63,716 nucleotides of DNA, filler included, from Chiloscyllium plagiosum (GCF_004010195.1; 4 parts of one record of this genome joined end to end with filler, not necessarily neighbours in it); one strand, 5' to 3'; counted from the first letter of the whole stretch, positions 22,806-36,505 are shown. The notes: generated from the letters alone by a model not told the origin. Made by a program: numbers and translations.

Positions 22806-24789
22806 TCAAAGACATCTGATAGTGTGCACAAAATTTACCTCTCATTCAACTTCACTGTGAAGCTTTAATAAAACAAAGAGCTTCAGAAGCAGGAGATCCT
22901 CAAACAAAACAGAAACTTTTGGAGAAACTCAGCAGGTCTGGCAGCATCTGTGCAGAGAAAGCAGAGTTCATGTTTTGAGACCAGTTTTTCATCTGAGCTA
23001 TCCTGATAACATCCAAGTGCCCGCAGAACAATTCTCCTTTATATGTGGGATTCACACGACAGAACAGGCTCAAAGGCTGCTCCTCCAAATTATGATAGGG
23101 CCAATATTACAATGTTGATAGGCACAATCCCTTATGTAGGAGCACAACATGAATGCATTTGGTTCGCTGGAATTTCACAGTCTCTATATGTTTTTATGCC
23201 ATGGCTTCACTACCAACTTCAGACACAGGTTTATTGAAGCCTGTCTCGATATTCGTCTTACAACTTAAAAACTACTTTGTTTTTAGTGCTTTATCCTTTC
23301 ACTGTGTTGCAATTTCCTTGAATCCCTTCTATTGTTAATTCCAAGGAGATAATTTTGTGCAATTATCTTTTACAATGGTTTATTACTGAGATATGGGTAT
23401 TTCTGAGACCTTGTTGAATAGCTGCAGCCCTCATACGCCCACGATGCTGATCTAGGAGGGTTCCTTTATGAAAGGTGTGGATTAGCAATCACACCCAGAC
23501 CAAAGGTGACTGATACAAAAGATGAAATAATGGACCCATTGATGTAGAAAGAATAGCAATATATTTCCAAATCAAGGTGGTGTGTGACTTGATGGGAAAC
23601 GGACTTGATTTTTTTCACTGCAACTGCTGCCTTCCACTTCACAGACCTGACTGTTGTAGTGCAAGTTGCAGATGGTACAGACAGCCGCTATTGTGTGCTG
23701 GTCATAGACGGAATAAATGTTAAAGCTAGTAGTGGAGGGCATCAATCACATGGGCTGACCTGCTCTGGACAGAGTTAATCTTTTTTTGAGTGTTTTCGGA
23801 GCTGCACTCATCTAGTTAAATGTAGTAACACTTGACTTTGTGAATGGGTGACCTGTATTTTTGGCTATATTTTAGAATTTACGTGACTCTTTCAGTTACA
23901 TTTCTGGTCAATGGTGAACCGTAGCAAATTGACAATGGAGGATGGTAATACCATTGAATGTCATTGGGAGTTGAAATCTCTGTAAAGGAGACATAAGTAA
24001 ATTTTGTTTTTGGAAATGGTAATAGTCTGGCACTTCAGAGGCATGAGCACCAGTTGTCACTTAGTTATCAGCTGAAGGTACTGCTACACGTGGGCATGAA
24101 CTGCTTCATTATTTGATAAATTATTATTGGAATTGGACACTGTGCAATCAGCAAATATCCCGATTTCTTGCGTTATGGTAAAGGGATGACCATCGATGAA
24201 GGTGCTGAAGGTGAGCAATAAATGCCGTATCGTGAACATATACATGTTATGAATGAATTTAAAAAGAGATTATTGGGCCTAAGACACTTTACTGGAATAT
24301 GTCTGCAATAATATCCCAGGTCTTGGATGATTAATCTCCAACAAACATAAAAAAATTTCATTGAAATAAGGTATAATCCAATTAGTGGAGAGATTTTCCT
24401 GTATGCCCAGTGAATTTACAGTTGCTTGAGCTCCTTAGGGTTACCCTTGGTCAAATGTTGCATAGTGTCAAGGGCAATAATACTCACCTCACTTCATGGA
24501 GTCAGCTCTTATACCCATGTTTGAGGTTATACTGAGTCAGGGAGCCAAGTCACTCTGAGGAGCAAAACTGGACATCGGTCAGCAGGTTATTGCTGGACAA
24601 GTGCTGATTGATATGATAGCACTGTCGTTGATGCCTTCCACCACTCGTCAGACCATTAAGACTTAGTTCATCAAATAGTTATTGGTTGGATTGAATTAGT
24701 TGTACTTCTAATGGATAGGCCATATGTGGACAATTTCCATATTTTTAAGATGCCTGTGTTATGACTGTACTGAAACAGCATGGGTGGAA

Positions 24790-25600
24790 TATTCAGCCTC
24801 TCCCTATAGTTCAAATCCTCCAATCCTTGTAAATCTTTTCTGAACTTTTGAAAGTTTCACAACACCCTTCCTATGGCAGGGTGATCAGAATTCCACATAA
24901 TTTTCCAAAAGTGACCTAACCAATGTCCTGTACAGCGGCAATAATGACCACCCAACTCCTATAGTCAATGCACTGACCAGTAAAAGCAAGCGTGCCAAAT
25001 GCCTTCTTCACTATCCTGTCCACCCGTGACTCTACTTTCAAGGAACTACGAACCTGCACTCCAAGGTCTCTTTGTTCAGCAACACTCCCTAAGACCTTGC
25101 CATTAAGTGTATAAGTCCTGCTCTGATTTGCTTTTCCAAAATGCAGCACCTCACATTTATCTAAATTTAACTCCTTCTGCCACTCCTTAGTCCATTTGCC
25201 CATCTGATCAAGTTCCCGTTACTCTAAGGTAACCTTCTTGGCTGTCCACTGCATCACCAGTTTTGGTGTCACCTGTAAGCTTACTAACTATACTTCCTAT
25301 GTTCACAACCAATCATTTGTATAAATTCTAAAAAGCAGTAGACCCAGCACCAATCCTTATGGCACACTGTTGGTCACAGGCCTCCAGTCTGAAAAGCAAC
25401 CCTCCACCACCACCCTTTGTCTCCTACCTTTGAGACAGTCCTGTACCCAATAGCTAATTCTCCCTGTATTCCATATGATCTAACCTTGCTAACCAGTCTA
25501 CCATGAGGAACCTTGTTGAACGCCTTTACTGAAATCCATATAGATCCATGTTCAGCACTCTGCCTTCATTAATCCGTTTTGTTACATCTTCACAAAACTC
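24790..25600 (-). mobile_element. CR1 RT fragment
   Basis: DKCEVLHFGKAN..RDLGV..VKKAFG on the minus strand. Colinear with 35300-36100. Confidence 0.9.
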
Positions 25601-25984
25601 AATGGATGACTGTTTGCAAAACACCATAGTTCTCTCCCTAAGCAAGGCCCTAATCCTCTGTGGCCTGTCATTTCAATCTCGAGCTTGCTCTCATGCTCAC
25701 ATTTCTGCCCTCAGCTTATGCACTGTTCTAGGGAAGGTCGACACAAGCTGGGGAAACAATGCCTTGTCTGTTAATTAGGCATTTTACAAAGGCATACAAA
25801 GCTCTGAGGGGCATAGACAGAGTAGATAGGGAGAAACTTTTCTTAGTAGCGGGGCACAGATTTAAGGTAAGGAATAGAAGCTCAAGAGGGCATATGAGGA
25901 AAATACTTTCACCCAGACGGTTGTGGGCATCTGGAACTCACTTTTTGAAAGGGTGGTAGAGGCAGGAACCCTGGAGACATTAAT

Positions 25985-26305
25985 TTGCAAACAGGAAGAT
26001 CTCACAGCAATTAAATAAATGACCTTATCATTTGTTTAGAAGTTAATCGAGGGGTAAATAAAGATGAGGACACTAAAAATATTTCCACACTTTGAATTAT
26101 AAATCTGGGGTCTATTAGGCCTACCTGAGTTGGCTGACAGAGCCTCTGTTTAATTTCAGTTCTGAAAGACGGCATCTCCCAACTGGACAGAATTTTATTC
26201 GTCGTACTAAATGTTGACCTAGCTTATGCACTCAAATCTCTATCGTGGGTTCTCCAATCAATGCCAGCTCAGAGGTGAAAGTGATACCTTGGAGCTGAGC
26301 TTGAC
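25985..26305 (-). mobile_element. Old DeuSINE/SacSINE-like remnant
   Basis: gtttaa..tc..tctgaaagacggca.ctcc core resembles the Deu-domain SINE consensus as recalled. Similar relics at ~14030-14180 and ~63045-63130. Confidence 0.55.
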
Positions 26306-26765
26306 ACTTGGAAGAATGAAAAAGTTGTAAAGGTTTGATTTTATATTTGCCTTACTTCTCGACTTTTACATTTAAAAAAATTCAAGGATCAGAGTAAGAC
26401 TAGTGCATAGTCAGCATTGTAGAGTGCTTAATATTTTCATCCACTTCTTACTCCGACATCAGTGAGTTAGACAAACTGAAATTTATTGCAGTTTCAATAT
26501 TTACACACCATAAGTACTGATTGCAACAATGTACTTTACCCAATGATCAATGTAAGACAGTTTTGTTACAAGCTTCGGGTGTTTCTATGTTACACCCAGT
26601 ATTAATGAGTCCTTTGTTGGGAATTCAACAATTGTGTGTACTGATTTATTTCTGTTTGACTTGGGTTCCAGTAAACCAAAGCAAACACAGGGCCAATGGG
26701 TTTATCAGACCTCAGCGGAAGCCGCTCCTTTTCCTCATAATCATGGTGACCTTTGGAATCATGGA

Positions 26766-26962
26766 GGTAAAAACAATGACTGCAGATGCTGGAAACCAGA
26801 TTCTGGATTAGTGGTGCTGGAAGAGCACAGCAGTTCAGGCAGCATCCAAGGAGCAGCGAAATCGACGTTTCGGGCAAAAGCCCTTCATCAGGAATAAAGG
26901 CAGAGAGCCTGAAGCGTGGAGAGAAAAGCTAGAGGAGGGTGGGGGTGGGGAGAGAGTAGCAT
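26766..26962 (-). mobile_element. PLE 3' terminus running into a gap; hammerhead at 26895-26860
   Basis: Minus strand AUUC-CUGAUGA-A-GGGC(UUUU)GCCC-GAAAC-GUC-GAUU (canonical CUGAUGA). Confidence 0.85.
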
Positions 26963-27062
26963 NNNNNNNNNNNNNNNNNNNNNNNNNNNNNNNNNNNNNN
27001 NNNNNNTTAATTAATTAANNNNNNNNNNNNNNNNNNNNNNNNNNNNNNNNNNNNNNNNNNNN
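26963..27062. other. 100-bp scaffold gap with artificial six-frame stop linker TTAATTAATTAA
   Basis: N44-TTAATTAATTAA-N44. Similar linkers at 48159-48170 and 59576-59587. Confidence 0.95.
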
Positions 27063-28047
27063 ACTATAGAATTCCAGACAGCATACAGACAAATGACTAA
27101 TCCCGATCTTCATAAATTAAGGGATAATTGTCCCAGTAAATGAATAAACAGCAGCTGCAGGATGCAGCCCAGTTCACTCACAAAGCAGCTATCATGACAA
27201 CAGAAGATTTGTTTGTCAGAAATAGCTATTATTTTAAAGTTACTCAGAACATTAAACAAAGGTTCTAATTGCAGATTCTTGAGAATCATAGGGGTAATTT
27301 GCAACACAAGTTAGATACATCTAACCAATTCAATTCAAAAGCATTAGAGAAAAGCATTTAGACTTAGATGTGAAGTTAGCGAGTTTTAGGAATTAGCTTC
27401 AAGATATGATGTTCACTGCCCATTCATTATAAAGTCCTGACAGTAAGAGTAGCTATATAATTTTACACAATATAACGAACCTTATAACACAAGTCATATT
27501 ACTAATCTTATAGCAAGTAAGTTAAAACTAACTGTCGTTTGTATTTCTTTGTGCATAAGTAATTAGGAGAGTGAACAATATGAGGAGTAATTGACTTTGG
27601 TAAAGTAAAATATAATAAACAATAGAATTCCAAATGTCCCACCAGAGAAGGCATCCTGAGAGGCCCGAGGGAGTGTAGCAATAACTTTGAATCTGAATGA
27701 ATGAGATGCGTGGAAAGATCCCAAGGCCTGGAGATTATAGTACCTGTTAAACAACATGAGATGATAAGAATCTGGGACTGTCCATTAGGATGCCCATCTG
27801 CGATTATATGTTTGGTTTGGGTATCTGGGTGAGGAGGAGAGGGCTGTCACATTATATGTGCATAAAAATGCAGCTTTTTACTGTGCATGTTACAGTGTGT
27901 CATGGATCTCCCTTCCGAGATTGGCCTCGGGGGACGATCCCTTCATTAAATGATTGCTTCATGAGTAAACATCTTCCACTCTGAGCTCAGCCTGCCTCCT
28001 GAATCTTCATTCCCTGTCAGGGAAAAACACTTCTGCAGCTATGATGA

Positions 28048-28634
28048 TGTGAGAGGTAATTTCGGTTTACACTTTAAGATGTGCCTGGACCACAGACTGA
28101 TCTATAATAAAAGACAAAACCTTTGTTTCTTTTCTAACAACCATTTTATATACTCAAAAGTAGAGTAGTTTAAATTGTGCAGAATGCTGACAATTTGTGA
28201 GCAGAGTAAAAACAAACAGGTCCTTGATTGATGAAACCATTAACATAGGTAGGGAAGGATGAGTCCTTGACTGATAAGACTGCAGGATAGGGAAACGACT
28301 CGAGAGACATCTGCTCCAGATTGCACAGACAGAGAAGAATAAGTCTTTGACTGATAAGACTACAGGGTGAGAAAAACAACAACTTTAGAGACTCTGGAGC
28401 TATTTGTTGCAGACTTTGTGATAAGAATAATGATGTTTTTAAGAATGTGAACCTCATGGCTTGTTAGAGCCAAGGAGAGGAGGGACTTGTACTGTATAAA
28501 ATGGGAGACTTTGTAAGCCTCAGCGCGCCTTTTCTTCAAGGGTGCCCAACTCTGCAGACTTGACTTGTTAATAAAACTTTGTTTTCCTGAATTTGTCTAG
28601 AGCGATTATTGAGAAGCGATTTTCGTTTCTAACA
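28048..28634 (+). mobile_element. ERV-like solo LTR, family B (5' boundary uncertain: 28048 or 28196)
   Basis: U3 direct repeats (gtcyttgactgataagact), TATAAAA 28495, AATAAA 28570, end gtttctaaca shared with the LTR at 52037-52534. No clean TSD found. Confidence 0.65.
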
Positions 28635-31225
28635 ATAGGTATTACAATTTTGCTTCAATACATACATAAATCTCTAGTCTTTCCAACAAGCTACAGCACA
28701 CTACATGGAAATAAAATCTTCTAATTCACTTGGTAAAGTGAACTGAATATCACTTTATAATGTTCTGCGGAAAATATATTGCAAACCTCTCAACATGTGG
28801 TGATGGAAATGGCCATTCAGATACAGAAACCACAGCGAGCCATTCAGCTGCTAATGTTTATTGTGCCAATCAATTACATCATGGTCAACTGATATCTAAA
28901 ACCCATTTACCACCTTAACATCAAAAATAAGTTGTCTTAAAAGTTCCAGTATAATCTTGGTTTTTCCTTCAGCATGTTAACTTTACCTGATGTGGTGATG
29001 CTAATGTTATTCCTGTAATACAAGTTGTAATAAGTGGCTAATGTGGTAATGAAAGATCCAACAAATATTTATTACGGTTCACTAAAATGAACAAATATTA
29101 TATTCAGCGGTACATCAGTGTCTGGCCTTACATTAAGTTAATCAATTACAAACAGCAGTGTATTTCCATTAACATGTCATGATTCAAGTGATCCAAGTTA
29201 AAAGATGGAGTATGAGATCTTTATATCCTTAAGTCACAGGTTATGATAGGGTGATAATGCCATATCTCTTGAAGGCATACTGACATACTCTGTATCTTAA
29301 AGATTTCCTGACAGAGATAGAATACAACACAATTGTTGCATCTAGCCTAAATGGAATATGAAATTGACTTGAGGCAATCAGGAAGCATGTTTTCCTGCCT
29401 GGTATTCTTATGATGTCCCCTCTTTCCAATTCCTCCTCCACCTTTCTATTTTCTTTCTCTCATTAACCTTCTCCCTCACCCCACCCTCCCACACAACCCA
29501 TCAGGGAGTGGATGGTTAAATCTGCTCAGTGGGTGGTACAGTGCAGGGTACCTCAATACTTGGCAGTACTATCAATGAGGAACCCATAGTGGATACTGGC
29601 CTCATAGTCTGCCTCTGAAGGAGGAATTGATAGAAATCTGTGCAGCACTGTTTGAAGTGGGGATATGAAAGCAAACCTTCTCCCAGAATGTCTTTATGCT
29701 GCCAAGTGAATGTGTGCCTGCTTCATCTGTTAAACTGTTTTATTCCCTGTATAAATATTTGTAATCTATTCAGGTAAACACATTAAGAATATTAAGAACA
29801 AGGAGAAGGGCCACACCTGAATCGTTAGTTGAATTGTTTCAGATACTATCTGATTTGTGTATTTGCAATAGTTATTTGTTTTTCTGAGTGTTTGTAGTCA
29901 GTTGTATGTTGTTTTGAGCACAATGGACAAACTTTTGGCTCGAGTCCTTTGTAAAGCATTTCAGATTAAATAGCAACATCAAAAATAGTGTAATTAAATC
30001 TCTTAAAGGGATGAGATTATTTGTGTCACAATTCCCCAATGTTCCAGGGATCAAGATTCAGATTTGAATACTTTTTTTATGTGGTCAAAGGGTAACTGCC
30101 ATGTGTAAAGTCTTCTGAACGACCGACCTGTATTAGATATGAGCTAACAATTGTATCTTGCAAATTGTGAATATAAATTCTAAGCAAATGCAAGTACAGC
30201 TGTCATTAGTTGCAACCAGCTTACCATGAAATTTTACCTTGAATGAAGATATTCTATAGATAAATATGAAATGAGCAGTTTGGACAAATGCTGCAAATAT
30301 TTAAATCATCTCACAACTGAAGCGAGTGAAAGAAATGCACAAAGTACTATCTTTAATATCCCAAGCTCCTTTTTATTCTCCTGTTCACTTGCATCTGGTC
30401 CCATGTTTTCATGTCCCAACTGACATTATGAATATGTTGCTAAGTTTATCAACTGTGCAAGCAATGCAGCTGTTATATTGTTATGTTATTCCAGTATGTT
30501 TTAGGAACTGTGTGTTCCAACATTTGTATACAACAGTATTCTGAGTGTCATCATTTGACACTGCACCACAATCTATATGGAGCTAACAGTGTATGTTGCA
30601 CAACACATTGTGAGCTGAGAAATATATTCAAAAAGACTCAGTATTTGAGTCCAAAATTAGATTATTATGAATTTATGAGGACTGCAAGACAAAGCAGTCA
30701 AGATGTAGCCTGTATTTCCCTAACCCATGTGACCACAGAGACCCGGGTTCAAGTCCCACCTTCTCCAGCGGCGTGTAAAGTATCTCTGAACAGGTTGTTT
30801 AGAAAAACAGGTATCACAGGATAGCTATAAAGCACTGCAACCCTAGATCATCCTGATATTCAAGATGGTCTCTAATGTACACCATGGCACCACCATTCAG
30901 TACACCAGGCATTTATAACACAAGTATTATCATGCAAATGTACTGTTCATGACTGTCTCATACATTATTGTAAACAGGAATTTTGCACCATTTAAAAAAA
31001 AGTGAGGGAATTGAATTTATTACAGATAGGAGTTAGTTTGCTTCGAGAGATGCTGGAAGTTCACCATTTATGGAGTTATCTCTTGTGAAATTACATGACA
31101 GGAATCAGAGTGCAGTATATAGTTCAAGTAATGTTAAGGGATGAGGTGATAATTAAACCAGGGGCTGGGCCCGATACATCACTGTAAGGGGTGGCAATTC
31201 ATCAAATGGAGACTAAAGTTGCATT

Positions 31226-31625
31226 GGCACAGTGTTGCAGAAGTTAGTACTGCTGCCTCACAGCATCAGGTACCCTGGTTCAATTCCACTCTTAAAAATA
31301 AATAGTCTTCAAATTTCCAATATAGTCTGGGTTTTGCCTTCCATTTGTTAATGGTGTGGAGTTTGCACATTCTCCCTATCGCTGCATAGGTTTCCCCCAG
31401 GTGCCCCAGTTTCCTCCCACAGTTCAAAGATGCGTAGGATAGTTGTACTGGCCATGCTAAATTGCCCAGTGTCCAGGGATGTTAGGTGGATGTTAGCAAT
31501 GGAAATTGCAGAGTTAAAGGGATAGGGTACGGGGTGAGTCTAGGTAAGATGCTCTTTGGAGGGTCGGTATGGACTTGATGGGCCAGGTGGCCAGCATTCA
31601 CATTGTCGGGATTCTATGATTCTAC
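31226..31625 (+). mobile_element. HE1-type V-SINE with ~60-bp unrelated internal insert
   Basis: tRNA head ggttcaattcc, V-domain at ~31388-31420, tail attctatgattcta. Confidence 0.82.
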
Positions 31626-32074
31626 AATAAAGTTGCTCTTCAAGGCATGAATTCCATGCATAGCATTTGCATTGAAAGTTTGGCAAGGGGAGAGGAGTGC
31701 CTTTAATGTAAGAGGTATGTATTGGCTTACTTTAGGGGAGGCAATAGGTTATTTAGCCAAAGTAGCATAGAAATGCCTAGAGTGCGGCAGAGAAATCAGA
31801 GCTCTCCATGTGGTGACCTCTGCAAAAGAAAAGTTGAATATGTGGAAGGCAGAAAGATAAGTTCTGAGGAGGAAGCTTGTCATGTAACCAACCTCAAGTT
31901 AAGTCACTGACAAGTCCACAAGATGAAAACAGAATGTAAACAAAAGTTAAAATTCTCTACTCAGTTCTTGGATAGTTGGTCACCTCCTGGACAATTCTTT
32001 TAATGGCACAACTCATTACCGGGTAAAGGTGACCAGTCAACCAGTTGCTGCTACTGGTCAGCAAGAACGATCAA

Positions 32075-35000
32075 AACTAAATTCATAAGTGATCTTGGAG
32101 GAACTGTTTTGGTGAAGTCACTGCACAGAAACAGATAAGTGAATTGTTTTAAGTGTGGCCTTCAGAAGGTCTGCAGTAGTGAGCAGAGTGGGTTCATTCT
32201 TGATTATATGTTTTTTGAGATATGTCTCTTGATTAAACTTAAAATATAAGCCATGACTATTAATTTAACCAGGAGCACTGTTTTTAGAGGAATAGGACAG
32301 TATTATTTTCTGGGTCTGTAGATCGTGAAGGAGCAAAAATGGCATTTAGTAGAGTGATACGTGTTTCTTGTCAGATGTGGGAGTTTAAAGACAGTTTAAG
32401 GGTTACTGCGGCTTATATCTGTAATAAATGCTGTTGGTTGCGAATCCTATCAGATCAAATGGATCGGTCGGAGAGACAGTTAGAGGCAATGAGGAATTTG
32501 CAACAGCAATGGTATGCGATGGATGGCAGTTTTAGAGGAAGGGGGGAAAAGTCTCAGATACAGTCATATAGATGTGTTAACTCCAGGAAAGGTAAGAGAG
32601 GTAGGCAGATAGTGCAGGAGTCTTCTGTGGCTATCCCCATTTCAAACAGGTATGCTGTTTTGGAAAATGTAGGGGGTGATCGATTCACAGGGGAACGTAG
32701 CACAAACAGCAAAGTTTCTGGTATTGAGACTGGCTCTAATGCACTGAGGGGTACGTTGGGTTCCAAAAGATCAATTCTGTTAGGGGCCTCTCTAATCTGA
32801 GGTACAGACAAATGTTTCTGTGGCCACCAGCAAAACATAACAATGGTGCGTTGTTTCCCTGGTGCCAGGATAAAGGATGTTTCAGAGAGGGTGCAGAATG
32901 TCCTCAAGGGGGAGAGGGTTCAGCAAGAGGTCATTGTCCACATTGGAACCAATGACATAGGAAGGGAAGAGGTTGAGATTCTGAAGGGAGGTTACAGAGA
33001 GTTAGGCAGAAATTTAAAAAGGAGGTCCTCGAGAGTAGTAATATCTGGATTACTCCCGGTGCTACAAGCTAGTGAGGGCAGGAATAGGAGGATAGAGCAG
33101 AGGAATGCAAGGCTGAGGAACTGGTGTATGTGAGAAGGATTCACATTTTTGGATCATTGAAATCTCTTTTGGGGTAGAAGTGACCTGTACAAGAAGGACG
33201 GATTCAACTAAATTGGAAGGGGACTAATATACTGGCAGGGAGATTTGCTACAACTCCTCGGAAGGAGTTAAATTAGTAAGGTGGGGTAGGTGGGGGGGCC
33301 CAGGGAGATAGTGAGCAAAGACATCAATCTGAGACTGGTATAGTTGAAAACAGAAGTGAGTCAAACAGTCAGGGCAGGCAGGGACAAGGTGGGACTAATA
33401 AATTAAACTGCATTTATTTCAATGCAAGGGGACTAACAGGGAAGGCAGATGAACTCAGGGCATGATTAGGAACATGGGACTGGGATATCATAGCAATTAC
33501 AGAAACATGGCTCAGGGATGGGCAGGACTGGCAGTTTAATGTTCCAGGATACAAATGCTACAGGAGGGATAGAAAGGGAGGCAAGAGAGGAGGGGGAGTG
33601 GCATTTTTGATAAGGGATAGCATTACGGCTGTGCTGAGGGAGGATATTCCTGGAAAAAGATCCAGGGAGGTTATCTGGGTAGAACTGAGAAATAAGAAAG
33701 GGAGGATCACCTTATTGGATTGTATTATAGACCCCCTAATAGTCAGAGGGAAATTGAGAAAGAAATTTTGTAAGGAGATCTCAGCTATCTAAGAATAATA
33801 GGGTGGTTATGGTAGGGAATTTTAGCTTTCCAAATATAGGCTGGGACTCCCATAATGTTAAGGGTTTAGATGGATAGGAATTTGTTAAGTGTGTACAAGA
33901 AAATTTTCTGATTCAGTGTGTGGATATACCGATGAGAGAAGGTACAAAACTTGACCTCCTCCTGGGAAATAAGGCAGGGCAGGTAAGTGAGATGTCAGTG
34001 GGGGAGCACTTTGGGGCGAGCGACCATAATTCTATTAGATTTAAAATAGTGATGGAAAAGGATAGACCAGATCTAAACGTTGAAGTTCTAAATTGCAGAA
34101 AGGCCAATTTTGACAGTATTAGGCAAGAACTTTCAAAAACTGATTGGGGGCAGCTGCTCGCAAGTAAAGGGACGGCTGGAAAATGGGAAGTCTTCAGGAA
34201 TGAGATAACGAGAATCCAGAGAAAGTATATTCCTGTTAGGGTGAAAGGAAAGACTGGTAGGTATAGGGAATGCTGGATGACTAAAGAAATTGAGGGTTTG
34301 GTTAAGAAAAAGAAGGAAGCATATGCCAGGCATAGAGAGGATAGATTGAGTGAATCCTTAGAAGATATAAAGGCAGTAAGAGTATACTTAAGAGGGAAAT
34401 CAGGACAGCAAAAAGGTGACATGAGATAGCTTTGGCAACTAGGTTTAAGGAGAATCCAAAGGGTTTTTACAAATACATTAAGGACAAAAGGGTAACTAGG
34501 GAGAGAATAGTGCCCCCTCAAAGATGAGCTAGGAGAAAGTGAGGACGGCAGATGCTGGAGTACCAGAGTTGCAAAATGTGGTGCTGGAAAAACACAGCAG
34601 GCCAGGCAGCATCCGAGGAGCAGGAGAATCGACGTTTCGGACATAAGCCCTTCTTCAGGAATTTCTTTCTTGAAGAAGGGCTTATGCCCAAAACGTCGAT
34701 TCTCCTGCTCCTCGGATGCTGCCTGGCCTGCTGTGTTTTTCCAGCACCACATTTTGCAGCCCCTCAATGATGAGCAAGGGGGCCTTTGTGTAGAGCCGCA
34801 GGTAATGGGGGAAGATACTAAATGAATATTTTGCAACAGTATTTAATGTGGAAAAGGATATGGAAGATATAGACCGTAGGGAAATAGATGGTGACATCTT
34901 GCAAGATGTCCAGATTACATATGAGGAAGTGCTGGATGTCTTGAAATGGTTAAAGGTGGATAAATCCCCAGGACCTGATCAAGCGTACCCGAGAACTCTG

Positions 35001-36505
35001 TGGGAAGCTAGAGAAGTGATTGCTGGGCCTCTTGCTGAGATATTTGTATCATCGATAGTCACAGGTGAGGTACCGGAAGACTGGAGGTTGGCTAACGTTG
35101 TGCCACTGTTTCAGAAGGGTGGTAAGGACAAGCCAGGGAACTATAGACCAGTGAGCCTGACGTCGGTGGTGGGCACATTGTTGGAGGGAATCCTGAGGGA
35201 CAGGATGTACATGTATTTGGAAAGGCAAGGACTGATTGGGGAGAGTCAACATGGCTTTGTGCGTGGGAAATCATGTCTCACAAACCTGATTGAGTTTTTT
35301 GAGGAAGTAACAAAGAGGATTGATGAGGGCAGAACAGTAGATGTGACCTATATGGACTTCAATAAGGCAAGGTTCCCCATGGGAGGCTGATTAACAAGGT
35401 TAGATCTCACTGAATATAGGGAGAACTAGTTATTTGGATACAGAACTGGCTCAAAGGTAGAAGACAGAGGGTGGTTGTGGAGAATTGTTTTTCAGATGGC
35501 GGACTGTGACCAGTAGAGCGCCACAAGGTTCGGTGCTGGGTCACCTACTTTTTGTCATTTATATAAATGATTTGGATGTGAGCATAAGAGGTATAGTTAG
35601 TAAGCTTGCAAATGACACCAAAATTGGAGGTGCAGTGGACAGCGAAGAAGATTACCTCAGAGTACAACAGGATCTTGATCAGATGGGCCAGTAGGCTGAG
35701 ACATGGCAGATGGAGTTTAATTCAGATAAATGCGAGATGCTGTATTTTGGGAAAGCAAATCTTAGCAGGACTTATACACTTAATGATAAGGTGCCAGGGA
35801 GTGTTGCAGAACAAAGAGACCTTGGAGTGCAGGTTCATAGCTCCTTGAAAGTAGAGTTACAGGTAGATATGGTAGTGAAGGCGGCATTTGGTATGCTTTC
35901 CTTTATTGGTCAGAATATTGGGTACAGGGGTTGGGAGGTCATGTTGCGGCTGTACAGGACATTGGTTAGGCCACTGTTGGAATATTGCGTGCAATTCTTG
36001 TTTCCTTGCTATCGGAAAGATGTTGTGAAACTTGAAAGGGTTCAGAAACGATTTACAAGGATGTTGCCAGTGTTGGAGGGTTTGAGCTATAGGGAGATGC
36101 TAAGCATTGGAGGCTGAGGGGTGACCTTATGGAGGTTTACAAAATTATGAGGGGCATGGATAGAATAAACAGACAAAGTCTTTTCCCTGGGATGGGGGGA
36201 GTCCAGAACTAGAGGGCATAGATTTCAGGTGAGAGGGGAAAGATATAAATAAAACCTAAGGGGCAACTTTTTTCACACAGAGGTTGGTACGTGTATGGAA
36301 TGGGCTGCCAGAGGAAGTGGTGGAGGCTGGTACAATTGAAACATTTAAAAGGCATTTGGATGGGTATATGAATAGGAAGGTTTTGGAGGGATCTGGGCCA
36401 GGTGCTGGCAGGTGGGACTACATTGGGTTGGGATATCTGCTCGGCATGGACAGGTTGGACCGAAGGGTCTGTTTACGTGCTGTACATCTCTACGACTCTA
36501 TAACT
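32075..36505 (+). mobile_element. Near full-length CR1 LINE (ORF1 Zn-finger + SGNH esterase ~32339-33275; ORF2 APE + RT ~33400-36400), inactivated
   Basis: ORF1 C-x2-C, CFPGA, HIGTND, DG.xLN. ORF2 NARGL, ITETWL, SDHN, KSPGPD, YRPVSLTS, QHGF, PQGSVLG, A(N)DTK. Tail ctctacgactcta. Stops and frameshifts present. Confidence 0.93.
34530..34759. mobile_element. Fold-back PLE terminus-only insertion in CR1 ORF2
   Basis: Inverted arms of ~95 bp around 34664. 16-bp TSD cccctcaawgatgagc (34514-34529, 34760-34775). Intact hammerhead on - (34662-34627), mutated on +. Confidence 0.9.

Noticed and set aside
26963..27062. TTAATTAATTAA palindrome as a biological site (PacI-like/homeobox)
   Set aside because: Centred in fixed-length N gaps three times. 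It is a scaffolding linker.
34530..34759. DNA-transposon MITE or miRNA precursor
   Set aside because: Arms are PLE termini, asymmetric in length, with long variable TSDs unlike the fixed TSDs of DDE transposons.
33913..34836. 307-aa minus-strand ORF as a novel gene
   Set aside because: Antisense of CR1 ORF2 read through the palindromic PLE insert. No independent coding signal.
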